The notes under the pieces are model-generated. The model was not told the origin of the DNA and searched no databases. It saw only the letters and a list, made by a program, of their open reading frames with translations. A stretch of 64,000 bases of DNA. It comes from Podarcis bocagei (lineage: Eukaryota). Within the stretch, counting starts at the first letter, position 1. Each line of letters starts with the position of its first letter. The stretch is from the NCBI GenBank assembly GCA_964188305.1, contig OZ076889.1. The stretch is one strand, 5' to 3'. Below, one piece after another: positions 38,921-52,125 of this stretch. The translations under genes were made by a program, and so were the position numbers.

Positions 38921-40097
38921 GTTTTATTTTATTTTTTTAATCGGTTTTGTTGTGACAAAAAAGGGGACAATTGAATTTTCAGGGGGGAAAGAGGACCAGA
39001 CTCCTGCATATTTCATAGTCACATAGTTGACAAAGACTGAAATCTTATATTGAGCCCAATGTGCCTTACTTCTGAGTAGACATGTATAGAAATGTGCTAT
39101 TAAGAAGCAGTATTTGCAGAGATGGCATCCATTTTACCTGCAGTGGAGTGTTTACAAGGACCAACTTTGTGTTCATTTAGTGCCAGTGAGTCAGCACTAG
39201 ACATTTCCTCCTTGTCCAGTGAACCTTGCTCAAGTGTAGGTTTAGACTGTAACCTTAGAGTGTTAGGTTTCTTTGACAGTTACATTTTTGTTTGACAATC
39301 GGGAGGGGGGTATCTTTTCATATACTGAGCTGTATATTCGTCACCCTCGTGGGCTCACAGCTTTTGAGAATCGTTAATGTACTGTAATGAATGAGTTGCC
39401 AAAAGAGTTCGCCTGGCAACATTTATTAGCAAGATTGTAGCTGACACAACAGAAGATGACGAACCTTAGATTTATTTAGTGTAATGGGGGGATACATGAA
39501 GTGGCTGTTAAGTTTGGAAAAGAAGAAAGGCATAATTCACTAGAGCATTTAGCAAGCCATTTGTGATTTAATGTTAAAGCTGCCTGCCAGATTGACCTTT
39601 GGCAGACCAGTTCACTTCTCTGGGACCTAGCTTACTCTCTGCACAAGGAAATTAAGTAGTCCCTCTTAAATCCCACATAGAGAGCACTGAAGATCTGCAG
39701 TCCTTACAGACAGTCAAACCACAGGAACCATCCTGTCAGAAACCTGCTTTACAGGCTGGCTCTTTAATTTATGCTTGAATCAATCCACTCCAAGATAAGA
39801 ACATCCACAGGGACTGTCTTGCCTATGTATGCCCACCTGGGTACATTCTATCACATAATTTTGCTTTATACTTTTGGATGCATTGGATTTTATTTTTAGC
39901 CCACTGCATTCCATCCTGGTGTTAAACATAGGTGTGTCACTGCACATAAAAGCATAAATCTCCACAGGTGAGGCGTGCAGCTACTGAGAATCCATCTGTG
40001 GACTTGCTCCCTCCTTCATCTAGCAGCAGCCTATTCCACCTGGCTGAAGGAGAGGGAGAGATTGGAACCACGGCAAGGTAGTGAGTCTAAGAACTTT

Positions 40098-40397
40098 GGA
40101 TTGCATTCAGCTGAGGCCACATTCATGCCATACATTTAAAGCACTATGCTATTACTGTAAGGTGGCATGGCTTCCCCCTCACACCTACAATTTGTGAGGG
40201 GAACAGGGGCCTCCTAACAACCCTATCGTTCTCAGGATTTGGGGTGAAGCCATGCTCATGGTGCTTTAAATGTATGATGCAAATGTGGCCAAAGCTCTAC
40301 TCAGAGAAAACCCATTGAAATCAATGAACCTAAGTTAGTCATGTCCATGAACTTCAATAGATCTACGCTGAATTAGACTGCTGCTGGATGCCACCCT
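40098..40397. mobile_element. Palindromic MITE hosting a nested Harbinger-like MITE (40115-40290)
   Basis: Inner TIRs ggccacatt...catacatttaaagcac / gtgctttaaatgtatg...aatgtggcc. The outer element has the ctactcagag..acccattgaaatcaatg..ttcaatagatctac symmetry. Confidence 0.65.
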
Positions 40398-42510
40398 TGG
40401 AAATTTAAAAACTGGTACCTGCATTTGCTTTCCTCTTTCCAGTTTCCCATTTTTTCCCATTTTCTGAGATGTCTTTTAGACAGTGCGCCTGAAGTCAGGG
40501 ACTGTCTTGTGTATCATTGATCTGAGGTAAACAGTTCTGGGAACCTTTTCAGCTGAAGAGCAGGATAAAGATGCTTTAAATAAATCAACACATCTTTGTG
40601 TTCCCTTGAAGCCACACAGATGGCAACCTTAAGAAGCCACTCTCAAGATGGTAACAGGGTAACAGGGTATGATGTTGGAGATCATCACAGGATTTTTCTT
40701 CTTCTACAAAATTGTAGTCCTGCAAAGGACAACAATTTTACTCAGAGCATCAGAACATTTGTGACAATGTTTAGTTTTGAAAATCTTTTGTAAGAACCCC
40801 TCTGAGAACCCCTTGGGGCTAAAAAGTGCCATATAAGTATTCTAAATAATACATACACAACTACGGCATATTTCAGTAGTGCTAGGTTTGCTTTCTCTAG
40901 TGATGTGTGCAATTGGCCTACCAATCTAGGCTGGGCAAAAGCACTGCTAGCTACAACCCCCACATGCACATCCAGATCGCTCATTTCCACCATCACTGAT
41001 GACAAGAAAAATTTTTGCATCCCAAAAGACTGCCTTGTTTGATAAGGTGCGTAGTAGACTGCCTTTGCTTCCTGGATCTGCAATACAGACACTGCTTCAG
41101 TCCTGCTGACTTGCTTTCTGTGTTGTTGGTAGTTAGTGTGTGAAGCTAATCAGTGTTAGAAGTAACATTTGGGGTAGGATGGATTTTACCAAGAGGTTTT
41201 TATTTGCAGTGTCAAAAAGAGCCTTAGTAACCTGTAACCTTAGTAACCTGTGTCCTGATCTCTGTAGGCTGAGCAAGTCTCACAGGTGTAAGTTCCATAG
41301 AATTTAAAGGATTTTAATACCACATAAGTATGTATAGAAGTGCAACTACAGTATAGGCTGGAAATTGATCTTTCTGTTTTCCACCCATAAGCAGGCACAA
41401 ATACAAATATCCTCTGAGAACTCTATTTCCCTGCTCTTATTTTCCTTATGTTGATTAGGACATTCCTTCTTTAGGCAATGCTTTGAACCTAAATAATAAT
41501 TCATTTTAATGTACTGCTGCATTTTCCCCCTCCAGTCCCCACTATACAGGGAGGAAGCAGAATTAGTAATGGAAATACAGAATTTTAAAACAAAACTGCT
41601 TTTAAAACTGCAGTATACAAAAAAGGGGCCATAAGTACATTTTGCTTGCAAAACAGAGTAGTAAATGTGGTTTTTCATTTACTCACATTTAGGAAGTGTT
41701 AAATGTACTGGAACGTAGCAATAACCATAGACTCCAACTGTATAGCAAGCTAAAAAATGTTATGGCAATCAGAGCTGGGGAAGTGACATAAGCTCTCTCC
41801 TCTCCACAATACCCTAAAGGCTGGTGCTGTTTAATCCAAGTGAAGGACTTAACTTTTAATTGGAAAATAATGCTCCTTGATAGAGGTATCCAACATGGAC
41901 TGACTCCAGACCACAGAAATTGTATCTTGCTTTCTGCTCTCTGACACAAACCTGCCAGATTTCTTCTGATTGGATGGTCGTGCTCCAAAATGAGAAGCTT
42001 CTCAATGAATCATCTAAAGCCTTGATGGGATCTTTGAAGTGGGTCACTTATCTCAGGTGCTTGAAAGTTGGCAGAGTAAATCTTTTTTGTGTGTGCTACT
42101 CTTTTGATGTCCTTCTGCTGCTTTGGCTCTGAAAAGGCATTAGCACACTCTGCATAGTATTTAGCATGCCAAGATTAATATCCTGAACTTACACACTGCT
42201 GCTCTTTCTTTCTTTCTTTCTTTCTTTCTTTCCTTCCTTCCTTCTTTTTGCAGCATCCTTTTAAAGTCATCCTAATGGAACTCTTCATAAACTTTTACAA
42301 TCAACATGGCATGGCTGGTTCTGCTAAGGAAGCTAAAATGTGACACCATTATCATACAATGTGTGGAGAGATCCCTGAGCTCAGGAAACAGGGCTTGCTT
42401 CATTATCCCATCCAGGGCATAAATGGCAGTCTGCTTAGCGCAATGAGTTCAGTAATTGCATTTGCTTGTGCTAGGTCCACACTAAGTTTTCAAATAATGC
42501 ATCCAGACCT

Positions 42511-42586
42511 AAACATCTTCTCCTCCAGGAAGGTTTGGGTTGCAAAGAAAACATCTTCTCCTCCAGCAAGGTTTGGGTTGCAAAGA
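42511..42586. repeat. 38-bp tandem duplication (2 copies, 1 mismatch)
   Basis: aaacatcttctcctccag(g/c)aaggtttgggttgcaaaga x2. Confidence 0.95.
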
Positions 42587-43914
42587 AAAGGAAACAATGT
42601 TTTCCCCGAGTGCCCAGAAATCAATCCATTGGTGCAATATTTACACTCACAGGGAGCAGCTCTTCAAAATCTCAGACATCTTTCCCAGACCTATCTAAAT
42701 ACTATTATTAATTATGATATTTACTATATTTATTAGTTGCTTTTTTCCAAAATGAAACTCAAAGTGACTTACCAAAAAATGGTGGCATGAACTAAAGCTG
42801 GGGTCTTCCATATGCAAATAATGCACTCTGACATTGAGCTGCAACCACACCATCTAAATTGCTTATTTGCAGGAACTGTCTCCTGCCCTGCCCCTCCAGC
42901 CTCTGAAGCAGAACTGCTCTCTGCCCCAGTGTCTTCCTGCTCACTAACCCTGGTGTCTCTTCAGCTTCCAGCACCTCCCCCCCCCGCCCAGTCTGCTCCT
43001 TCTTCTCCCTCTGACCACTCATTGTCATCCTACCACCTCTGGCTCTGAGCTTCTTCCCTGGGGGTTGCATTCAGCCAGTCCAGGGCACATGTATATGTGA
43101 AGCAGCCCTTAAAAGTCTGCCCAGAACTGACAACAGGTCAAATTCTTTATTCACCATTTTTCTACACTGAATTCCTAAAAAATATTGTTAACTATTCTAA
43201 ATAACTGAAAACACCATCAACCTCTTATCTTGAGAAAAAGCAAGGTTCCACCTTTATTCTGATTCACAAGCCATCAACAGCTGTAGAAAAGTCAGAGATT
43301 CATAAGGAAAATGTTCACATCACTGTGACATGTTCAATTTCTGCCTATCATTCAGCTATTAAAAGCATGAGAGTCCTTCCAGAAAGAAAAGGAGGGGGCA
43401 ACCCCATCTATTGGCTGCTGTGCCTGTTCAGTTACAGAATATCTGGTCTGTTCATTTCCATTTCAGATTGTAGTAAATGGGAGCATTATTATTATTTTAA
43501 ATCAGTGCAAGCAACAGGGGGTTTCATCCCAACTCATACTAGAATAATATAGGCCAGTCATAATGAACCAGTTCCTGGGGTAGAATTAATGTGAGATAGT
43601 AACGGTGATTAGGTAATTATCAAGCACTGTAAGTATTTAACCTTCCCTATGACAGACACATCTGGCATCACCTGAGCTCACACAGACTCTCTGAAAAGAA
43701 TTATCAGTTTTAAATTGTGCCATTTAAACTATTAATCAAGAAATTAAGAATAAAGCAGGTCATGCACATATTGTCCTCATGTTTTTAGTATTTTGGCATC
43801 ACTCATATCTAGGTACTTCCTTTCTGCATTAGTATATAATGAAAATGGGATTGCAAGCATTTCAGGTTAGATAGGCAAATTGGCATTCACTTCCATAAAG
43901 GAAGGAGGGATACA

Positions 43915-44101
43915 GAAAGATGCCTCATCTTCCATCAAACTAACAACCCGCCTAGCTCAGTATTGCTTGCATTGATTGGCAGTGGCTCTCCAAGGTTTCA
44001 GAAAGGAAGTCTTTCCAAGTCCTACCTGGAGATGCTGCGGATTGAACCTGGGACCTTCCACATGCTAAGAAAATGCTCTAGAACTGAGCTACAGCCCTTC
44101 C
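43915..44101 (-). mobile_element. tRNA-derived SINE (Squam3/MIR-like)
   Basis: Minus strand gggctgtagctcagt...ggtcccaggttcaatcc...caatactgagctag. Homologous to 10121-10310. Confidence 0.75.
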
Positions 44102-44574
44102 CCCTTTTTTCTCCAAGGAGCAGCAACACCACATTCCACTCTCAGATATTCACATGCAACATTTCTGCACTGTTCACATGCCTCCAAACATGGTGCTTGC
44201 AGGACTGATTGTTGGAATGGTGCTTTTAGAGACGAGACTCTTTCGAAGGGTGAATATATCCCTGAACTCCCTTCCTGAATGAGGTTAATCTCTGCTCAGT
44301 TAGGGAAGAGTGACTCCTGCCCTAGCAGAAGCAGGTACAGAACCTACTCCTGTATAATCTATGAATCAGGACTATTAGGTTCATATTGGCCAGCTAACAC
44401 CACATAAAACTACACTGATTTAACCCCTTTCTTTTTAATTCAACTCATTTTACCTCAATACTGGACTACTTGTACAAGTGGTTCGCATGCAAGTATTTCT
44501 CAATAGCTTGCATGCAGCTTAACTGATCAACTAACAAGTGAGCTGTCCACGGTTCTGATCTCCTGCAAATTATC

Positions 44575-45009
44575 TGGAAACCAAGCCTTATGAGGAATAC
44601 TGTGGTACCTCGGGTTGCAGACGCTTCAGGTTGCAGATGCGTCACGTTACAAACTCTGCTAACCCAGAAACAATACCTCGGGTTAAGAACTTTGCTTCAG
44701 GATGAGAACAGAAATTGTGTGGCGGCGGCGCAGTGGCAGCAGGAGACTCCATTAGCTAAAGTGGAACCCCAGGTTAAGAACAGTTTCAGGTTAAAAATGG
44801 ACCTCCAGAACGAATTAAGTTATTAACCCGAGGTACCACTGTAGTTTAGAGATTTGGGTATGCTTAACCCAGAGAAGAGAATACTGAGAGGTGATATGAT
44901 AGCCATCTTCAAATATCTAAAGAGCTGTCACATGGAAGATGGAGCAAGCTTGTTTTCTCCTGCTCTGGAGAGTAGGACCTGAATCAATGGATTCAAATTA
45001 CAAGAAAAG
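44575..45009 (+). mobile_element. CR1 LINE ORF2 C-terminal fragment (upstream part)
   Basis: LETKPYEE..LRDLGMLNPEKRILRGDMIAIFKYLKSCHMEDGASLFS...NGFKLQEK, interrupted by a MITE. Confidence 0.85.
44600..44841. mobile_element. Tc1/mariner (Tigger-like) MITE nested in CR1
   Basis: c(t)gtggtacctcgggtt / aacccgaggtaccactg with TA TSD. Confidence 0.9.
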
Positions 45010-45189
45010 TCCAGCTACTTAGCTAAACTAAAATGGCAATGACATTGTTGCTGAAAGGCTAGCTCTGCATCACCGCCATATTATGCTGACTGATCCTGGT
45101 TGAACCAATTCTAGAAGAGAGCTGCCTTCTTCCAGACTACAGCCTGCAGGGACAAACTGCCCAAGCACACAAAAAAGTCCATACAAAAA

Positions 45190-45412
45190 ATCATACTGTA
45201 GAGTTGGAAGGGACCCCCAAGGTTCATCTAGTCCAAACCCCCTGCAATGCATGGATCTCAACTAAATAATCCCTGACAGTGGGTATCCATCCACTGTTTA
45301 AAAATCTCAGATGAAGAAGATGAAGAAGAGTCCACCACCTTGTGAGGCAATCTATTCTGCTGTCCAATAACTCTTACAGTCAGAAAGTTCTTCCTTGTTA
45401 GGAATCTCTTTT
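45190..45412 (-). mobile_element. CR1 LINE terminal 3' part (inverted relative to 44575-45009)
   Basis: Minus strand agattcc..aggaagaactttctgactgtaagag...ggactagatgaaccttgggggtcccttccaactctac is the CR1 3' end. Confidence 0.85.
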
Positions 45413-47145
45413 GTGGAACTACTTTTTCATTAAAGTATTAGTGAGGGAGGTTTGTAGAAGAGCAAAGTCTGTTTTGAAAATATTTGGCACATGTATGTTT
45501 TTAACTGAACTTCCTATCATGCTATGTGTGCACAATTAAGGAACATCTCATGGCATGATGAACATTTTTTACAGAAATTCTGTCTGAAAATGTGAAAAAT
45601 ATCTAAGGCAGGCTTCCTCAGCCTTGGCCCTCCAGATGTTTTTGGCCTACAACTCCCATGATCCCTAGCTAGCAGGACCAGTGGTCAGAGATGATGGGAA
45701 CTGTAGTCTCAAAACATCTGGAGGGCTGAGGTTGAGGAAGCCTAGTCTAAGGTTTTCAAGGTACCTTAACTCTAGCTTGCTGTTCAGAAATTGCATTATT
45801 TTAGTCCAGATATGACACCTGTAAAAAGATTACATGCTGTTCCTATATGCCATTCTATTGGCTGTGCTGAAACATAAATGGTCAATCAATATAATGGTAC
45901 ATGAGAAATTGACACATGAAGTGCTTGCATTCCTGAGTGCCACTGCCTAATCTGAGATAAAATAACACAGTGAATGATATAAGACACTGACAGTGAAGTG
46001 CCGTATTACATGGTGATATAATTATCTGATGACATCACTGGATCCTCACAATTCAAATCAAAATAAATTAAAAATCAAAGTGAAGGCTGGTGAACTCAGC
46101 TATCACATTGAAGACAAAATGCCTTGCCGTTGACTTCAAAAGAATGAGGTTTGCTCCTTCATCTTCTAGTTAAGAGACGTCTGCATTCAAGAATCTCCTC
46201 CCTATGGAGATCAAATAACATCTTAACCTTGTCTTTGGAAAAAAATAATTAGGCTGACAGCTCAGTCCTCAAAGTTCTACATGGGCCAAGTCACATTACA
46301 ACAAATGGGTCTAAGACCAACAGAATACTTTGAAGTATACAGCAGATTTTGTCTTCAATGTGTAGAGAATTGCAACTATATGTATAAAAGATGGTTAGAA
46401 ACCAAGCTGGAACAATTATAATTAAAAATGATAGCTGAGTTCACCAGCCTTCACTTTGATTTTTAATTTATTTTGATTTGAATTGTGAGGATCCAGTGAT
46501 GTCATCAGATAATTATATCACCATGTAATACGGCACTTCACTGTCAGTGTCTTATATCATTCACTGTGTTATTTTATCTCAGATTAGGCAGTGGCACTCA
46601 GGAATGCAAGCACTTCATGTGTCAATTTCTCATGTACCATTATATTGATTGACCATTTATGTTTCAGCACAGCCAATAGAATGGCATATAGGAACAGCAT
46701 GTAATCTTTTTACAGGTGTCATATCTGGACTAAAATAATGCAATTTCTGAACAGCAAGCTAGAGTTAAGGTACCTTGAAAACCTTAGACTAGGCTTCCTC
46801 AACCTCAGCCCTCCAGATGTTTTGAGACTACAGTTCCCATCATCTCTGACCACTGGTCCTGCTAGCTAGGGATCATGGGAGTTGTAGGCCAAAAACATCT
46901 GGAGGGCCGAGGTTGAGGAAGCCTGCCTTAGATATTTTTCACATTTTCAGACAGAATTTCTGTAAAAAATGTTCATCATGCCATGAGATGTTCCTTAATT
47001 GTGCACACATAGCATGATAGGAAGTTCAGTTAAAAACATACATGTGCCAAATATTTTCAAAACAGACTTTGCTCTTCTACAAACCTCCCTCACTAATACT
47101 TTAATGAAAAAGTAGTTCCACAAAAGAGATTCCTAACAAGGAAGA
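45389..47145. repeat. 717-bp inverted duplication (arms 45389-46105 and 46429-47145; 323-bp spacer)
   Basis: Line-by-line reverse-complement comparison gave only two mismatches (45621/46913 and 45625/46909). Confidence 0.97.
45609..45744. mobile_element. hAT-Charlie-like MITE (duplicated passively at 46790-46925)
   Basis: TIRs caggcttcctca / tgaggaagccta. TSD atctaagg / gtctaagg. Confidence 0.88.
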
Positions 47146-50100
47146 CCAACAGAATACTTTGAAGTATACAGCAGATTTCTGAATAAGAAAGCTTGCATTC
47201 CAGTGTTCTTAATATTCTATTACTTACTTCTGAATTTTCCTCAATTTCAGAGTTTAGTAAAGTCATAAGCAGCTAAAATAGCTTGAAAGTATTTGTGGTA
47301 GGTACTGTATCAGATTTGGTCATGTCCCTGCATGTATTCATATATTTCTTTCTGTTCCATATTCATTCTCTCTAACGCAGAGTTTCTGTATTGTGCCCAC
47401 AGTGTGGAGTGAGGAACAGGAGCAAATAACTACACACTAGACCGAAGTGGAATTACATGTCTACAGCTCACAGGGATTGGCATTGCACAGGGCAGAGATT
47501 CATTCATTGGGCAGCTTGACTGCTGACCAATATCTCTATCCCATCCCTAGTGCTGGGTTAACATTGGGAGTGAAATGAATCTCTGGTCAGTCACAGCATA
47601 AACTGTGATCTCATCATACAACTGGAGAATAAATCAGCTGATGCTGACGATGAGGCTTTGAAGTGTCACCCCCAAGACCCCAGGGTATGTCTTCTCCCAC
47701 TTGTCCCTGTTATTCATCCAGTCCAGTGCCACTAGAGAATGGTTCACCTGATTCTGCGTCCAATCTAATGTAACACAACCAATGCAACAAGCCAGACTGA
47801 ATATTTCCAAGAAGTCATCACTGCCAATCCTCAACTGGACAAGGAGAACTGGACAAGGAGACATACGTATATGCACCTTGGAGCTTCTCCTATAACTTGT
47901 ATTTGTGTATCTGTTTCTGATCAGTATGAGCACTCTCCTATATCATAGTTTTAGCATTCATTTTGTATTCTTCTCACTACATCAAAGAGTCTCTTTCTTT
48001 CTCTTTATTAGTAGCCAGTAATATATTAATGCATTCCTTGGTGTGAAATGTGCTCTTAACTATTACCTTGGACACTCATTTAGCTGAATTTGATAGTGAC
48101 AACACATTGACATTGGTAAGGTTAATGATCCAATCTTTTATTTCGTTGAACAAGTTGAACAACATTTAGTACACTGTTTCACGATGTCCTAGAGAGCTGT
48201 CTTGGCTATTACTTTAATCGTGCTATGGCATCTATGCCCTTTAAGTAATTGGCACCATGAAAATATTCTCTAAGTCCTGTCACAATTGATTAGTATTGTG
48301 CTGAATTACAGCAAGATTACTCTCTTTTTTTGCTTTTTACTGGAAGATGGCGAAATTTGATGCTTCAGTAAGTGCAACGTTGTTGATTCCAGTGTAAACC
48401 ACCCAACAAATCCTTACTAGACTTCCAATATCCCACTTAATAACATCACCTGTATCAAGTATGGATACCATTACCCACATCTCACTTACATATTGTGGGC
48501 ACAGAATAATTTGCCAACCAATTCAAAGCACTATGGCTCAACACCACCTTTTGCTATGTTTCTCAACCTTTGACATTGTTGCATGTCTGACACAGTATCT
48601 CAAATCTGATGTATCCCATAGATCAGTGGTTCCCAGCCTTTTCAGTATGGTGATCTACAAGTCCAAATCTACTTGGGATGCTGACCCATTGATTTATTAT
48701 CATATGATTTTTGGACCTTAAGTCTTCAGCAGTTATCAGATTCATGCATTTTAACTGCAGATTTGTCAGTTTTATAAATATGATTTGAGATACCCAAGCT
48801 GTGCTTAACATCTATGAGCATCCTGTGGGCAAGGCTGGGAGAGACAACTGCCATTTATTGTTCTGATTCCCTAAACAAAACAGAGACAAACCTAAGCAAA
48901 ATTAACATCAAAAAGTTTTTAATGCATACTACCAGCACTGACTTCTCTTATGTATCAAATAATCACCCTCCCCCCCCCATTGTACCCTATATTGTGTTTG
49001 TAAATACTAGAGGTATATATAGACACCACTTAATTATTTTACTTTTGTTACCACTTGTGTATTAACCATAGTTTCTATCTTGCAATAAATCACATATTCT
49101 TTGTTTCTAGCCTTTGTTGTCTGATTGCTAATTCCCCCAGCTAAAAGTGTATAAGGGTAATTTGACCTATGATCCCAAAATGCATGTGTCAGTTGAGCAC
49201 ATGCATCTCTGCATACATGAATAAAGGGGTTGGGGGTGGGAAATGGTAACGTGTATCAGCTCACAGAGTTCAAAATGTGGTAAATTAGCCCTGGTGCATT
49301 TGTGTGACTTCCTGCTCATCCGGCTGAGTGGGGATCTGGTCTCCTAAGCCGAAAACCTGCCCTGTATGCACCACTGGGGATGAGTGAACACACTTCACTG
49401 TGCTATGGGTCTGTCTGTCTCATTACCTGACAAGGAATTTCTGTAGGTAACCACTGGCTCTTTAGTATATCATATGGTTTCAAGAACACATCCCTGAATG
49501 TGTGTCCAAAATAAGCATTTTATATGGATAACACACCAATGGAACTGAATATGCCATTTTTGAAAGCAACGTATCCCATTCAATGTGTAGCATAGAGCAA
49601 GCAGGTTGGGAGGGTGATATCCCATTCAGGGCAAGGAGCCAGGAGCAACAGTATTGAAACGATGACATCTGGAAAAAGAAGTGGCATTTGGTGGCATTGA
49701 TTTGGAATCTAGCCAAAGTATTCACTATGGGACTTGGAGACGCAAACACAACAGCATAAAACAAGAAAGACAGATCTTAACGGTGGCTGCTATTTGTCCT
49801 TCCACCACCTTCTCTTTTTCTTTTAAATTACCCTTGATTGTGTAGCATCTGCTCCTTTCAAGCGTGCATATGCTTCTCTTTTTACATCTGCATGTGCCTG
49901 TCTAGGAAAGGCATAAAAGCAACTGAAAAACAAATATCCATCAGAAAGTTTTCTTTCAAAGCCTACTGTAAATCAAATAGGCTGGCAAACAGAGCAGCTC
50001 AAAGCCTTACATACAAGTACCGAGTAATCTTATCTATCTAGGTAATCATTCTGAGAGACCAGTAACATTTTTAGAAGAGGCAAGACCCCAGGAAGAGACT

Positions 50101-52125
50101 TGTAATTGAAGTGGATTTGGCAGGCAGAATGGCTTCTCGGCAATGGAAGTTTAGCTGAGGTACCTGAAGAAAGAATTTCATATCTACACAGAGGCAGCCA
50201 TCACAAAATACAAGTATATTTGCAGCAAGGCTTTGCTTACCGGGGTCAGGTTTTTTCACTGTTTCTCATAAGGTGGACAGTGAGTCCCTGAACAATTAAT
50301 GATGAAAGACAAGCCTCTCTCAGCTTTCAGAGATGTTTCATAAGTCCAGACATCTACAAGTTGATCCCCTGTTGAAATACTGTGAGTTTCTCCTAGACAT
50401 GGATCAGGGGTTCCAGTGGCCCCATGTAACTGAGCTCATAGCCTTAAGTTATGTTTCCCTTCTCCACACCTGGTAATTGAAAGCTTCAGACAGCTTTACC
50501 TGCTACTCTCTGCTTGTTCAAAACTTAACAGGTGCACAAGCAAGTTCCAGTTCTCAGCCAGCCTAGTTTTTTAATTTTATTAATGACTGTACGTATGTAT
50601 ATATGTATCCCACCCTGCATCACATATGATAATGGTGCAGGTCACAACAAATAACGAAAAACAGATAAATGTAAAACCAAATCCATACATTCTTGAAGTT
50701 CTGACATCGGCCTCCTGTACTCCCTGCAATGCCTAAGGCTACTCCCATCTTAAATCCTACGGTCAATGTAATATCATGTGATTATGCCCTGGAAATGTCT
50801 GTAAGTAAACACGGGGCAAAAATGTGAGCTCAAAAATATGAGCTGTTCCTCCACTGGAATCGTTGAGATTCATTTTAAATATGGTCCAGATTCAGCTGAG
50901 CCTTGATAAACCCCAGGATGAAGTTTGCTTTCCACCCAACCCATTAGGCCTTCTTTCCTTGGGGAAAAAGTATTTGGTGGTTTCAATATAATAGTGTAAG
51001 TCATGGAAACCTCACCAATTCTAGGTTGTACTGGTGCACCAGCCACTTAACTGACCTTTCTATCAAAGAAGAGTTGAAACAGCTTTATGACCTTTGACTG
51101 GATCCCAGCTCCTTATATGAAAACCCAATTAGGATACTCTCACAGTTTTAAAGCAGCTTTTGCCATTGAGAACTTGAGGTTTGGACTATTTTCTTCATAT
51201 GACAGCACAGTCGCTTCCAGCCATGACAGGCTGTTTCATGATCTATGGTGTTATAATAGCAAAAGCTGTTCTTTATTGCTAAAAAATCCAAGCAATTCCA
51301 TCTCCAATGCAACACAGGGGCTGAACATAAATCAATTATATATTTTTGTTATCTCCAGTTGGTTCTCTGACAGTTCAGTCTCATAGAGCTATATAGCTGT
51401 ACAATCCAATGCAAAAGAAGATTTACCTTAGGTCTTAAAGTGATCCCCATTTACAAACATCAAGATGTATTTGGGGGTTTTTTCCCCCAGCTCACTTCTT
51501 TAAGGTACTTCCTTTCCTGACCTTTCCTATAGCAATACCTGCAAGTAGATGAGCTGCTCCTTTATTGGAAACTTCCTCAATCTCCTTATCTGTATTCCTG
51601 TCACCACTCTGGCCTTCTTCCCTTGTATCCTTCTAAGGCTGGATAAGATAGAATTCTGAAGCTGCAGCTACCCAATTATGCATTGGCTCTACAAGGTTCC
51701 TGGCACTTTATGTTGTCCATATCTGTTTTCACACTGGTAAAATCCATGATATTTGTGATTATCAGTTTACATTTCAAAATATATTCCTGTGCTACAGGGA
51801 TTAAAGGCAGGACAACATTATGTAACTGTTTTGCAGAACCCAGACAGATGAAAACCTGGAATATATATTGGAATGAATGACTCTGAGAGTGGATTCAAGT
51901 ATAATTATATCCATTGCTTCCTACTCCTCTCACGAACAAGTTTTTCTATTAAAAAAAGTAGTAGTCAGTTGCAAAATTGGATATGTAATTTTTAAAAATT
52001 GAATCCTTGGGATAAAGGGAATAAATGAATATTGTATTTGTCAAATAACTCAAGTACACACGTGACAAGTGGATTACTGAGTAACTGGACAGGCTTGATG
52101 CTAACTGTAGACTAAGGTAGTAAAA

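Noticed and set aside
45389-47145. Large foldback transposon with 717-bp TIRs
   Set aside because: There is no TSD, arm 1 begins inside an older CR1 fragment, and the distal end is a templated copy of spacer DNA, so this is a rearrangement and not an element.
47634-47933. LINE RT-like motif (YPGVLGVTL) on the minus strand
   Set aside because: Only a short resemblance to YLGVTLD; the surrounding sequence does not support it.
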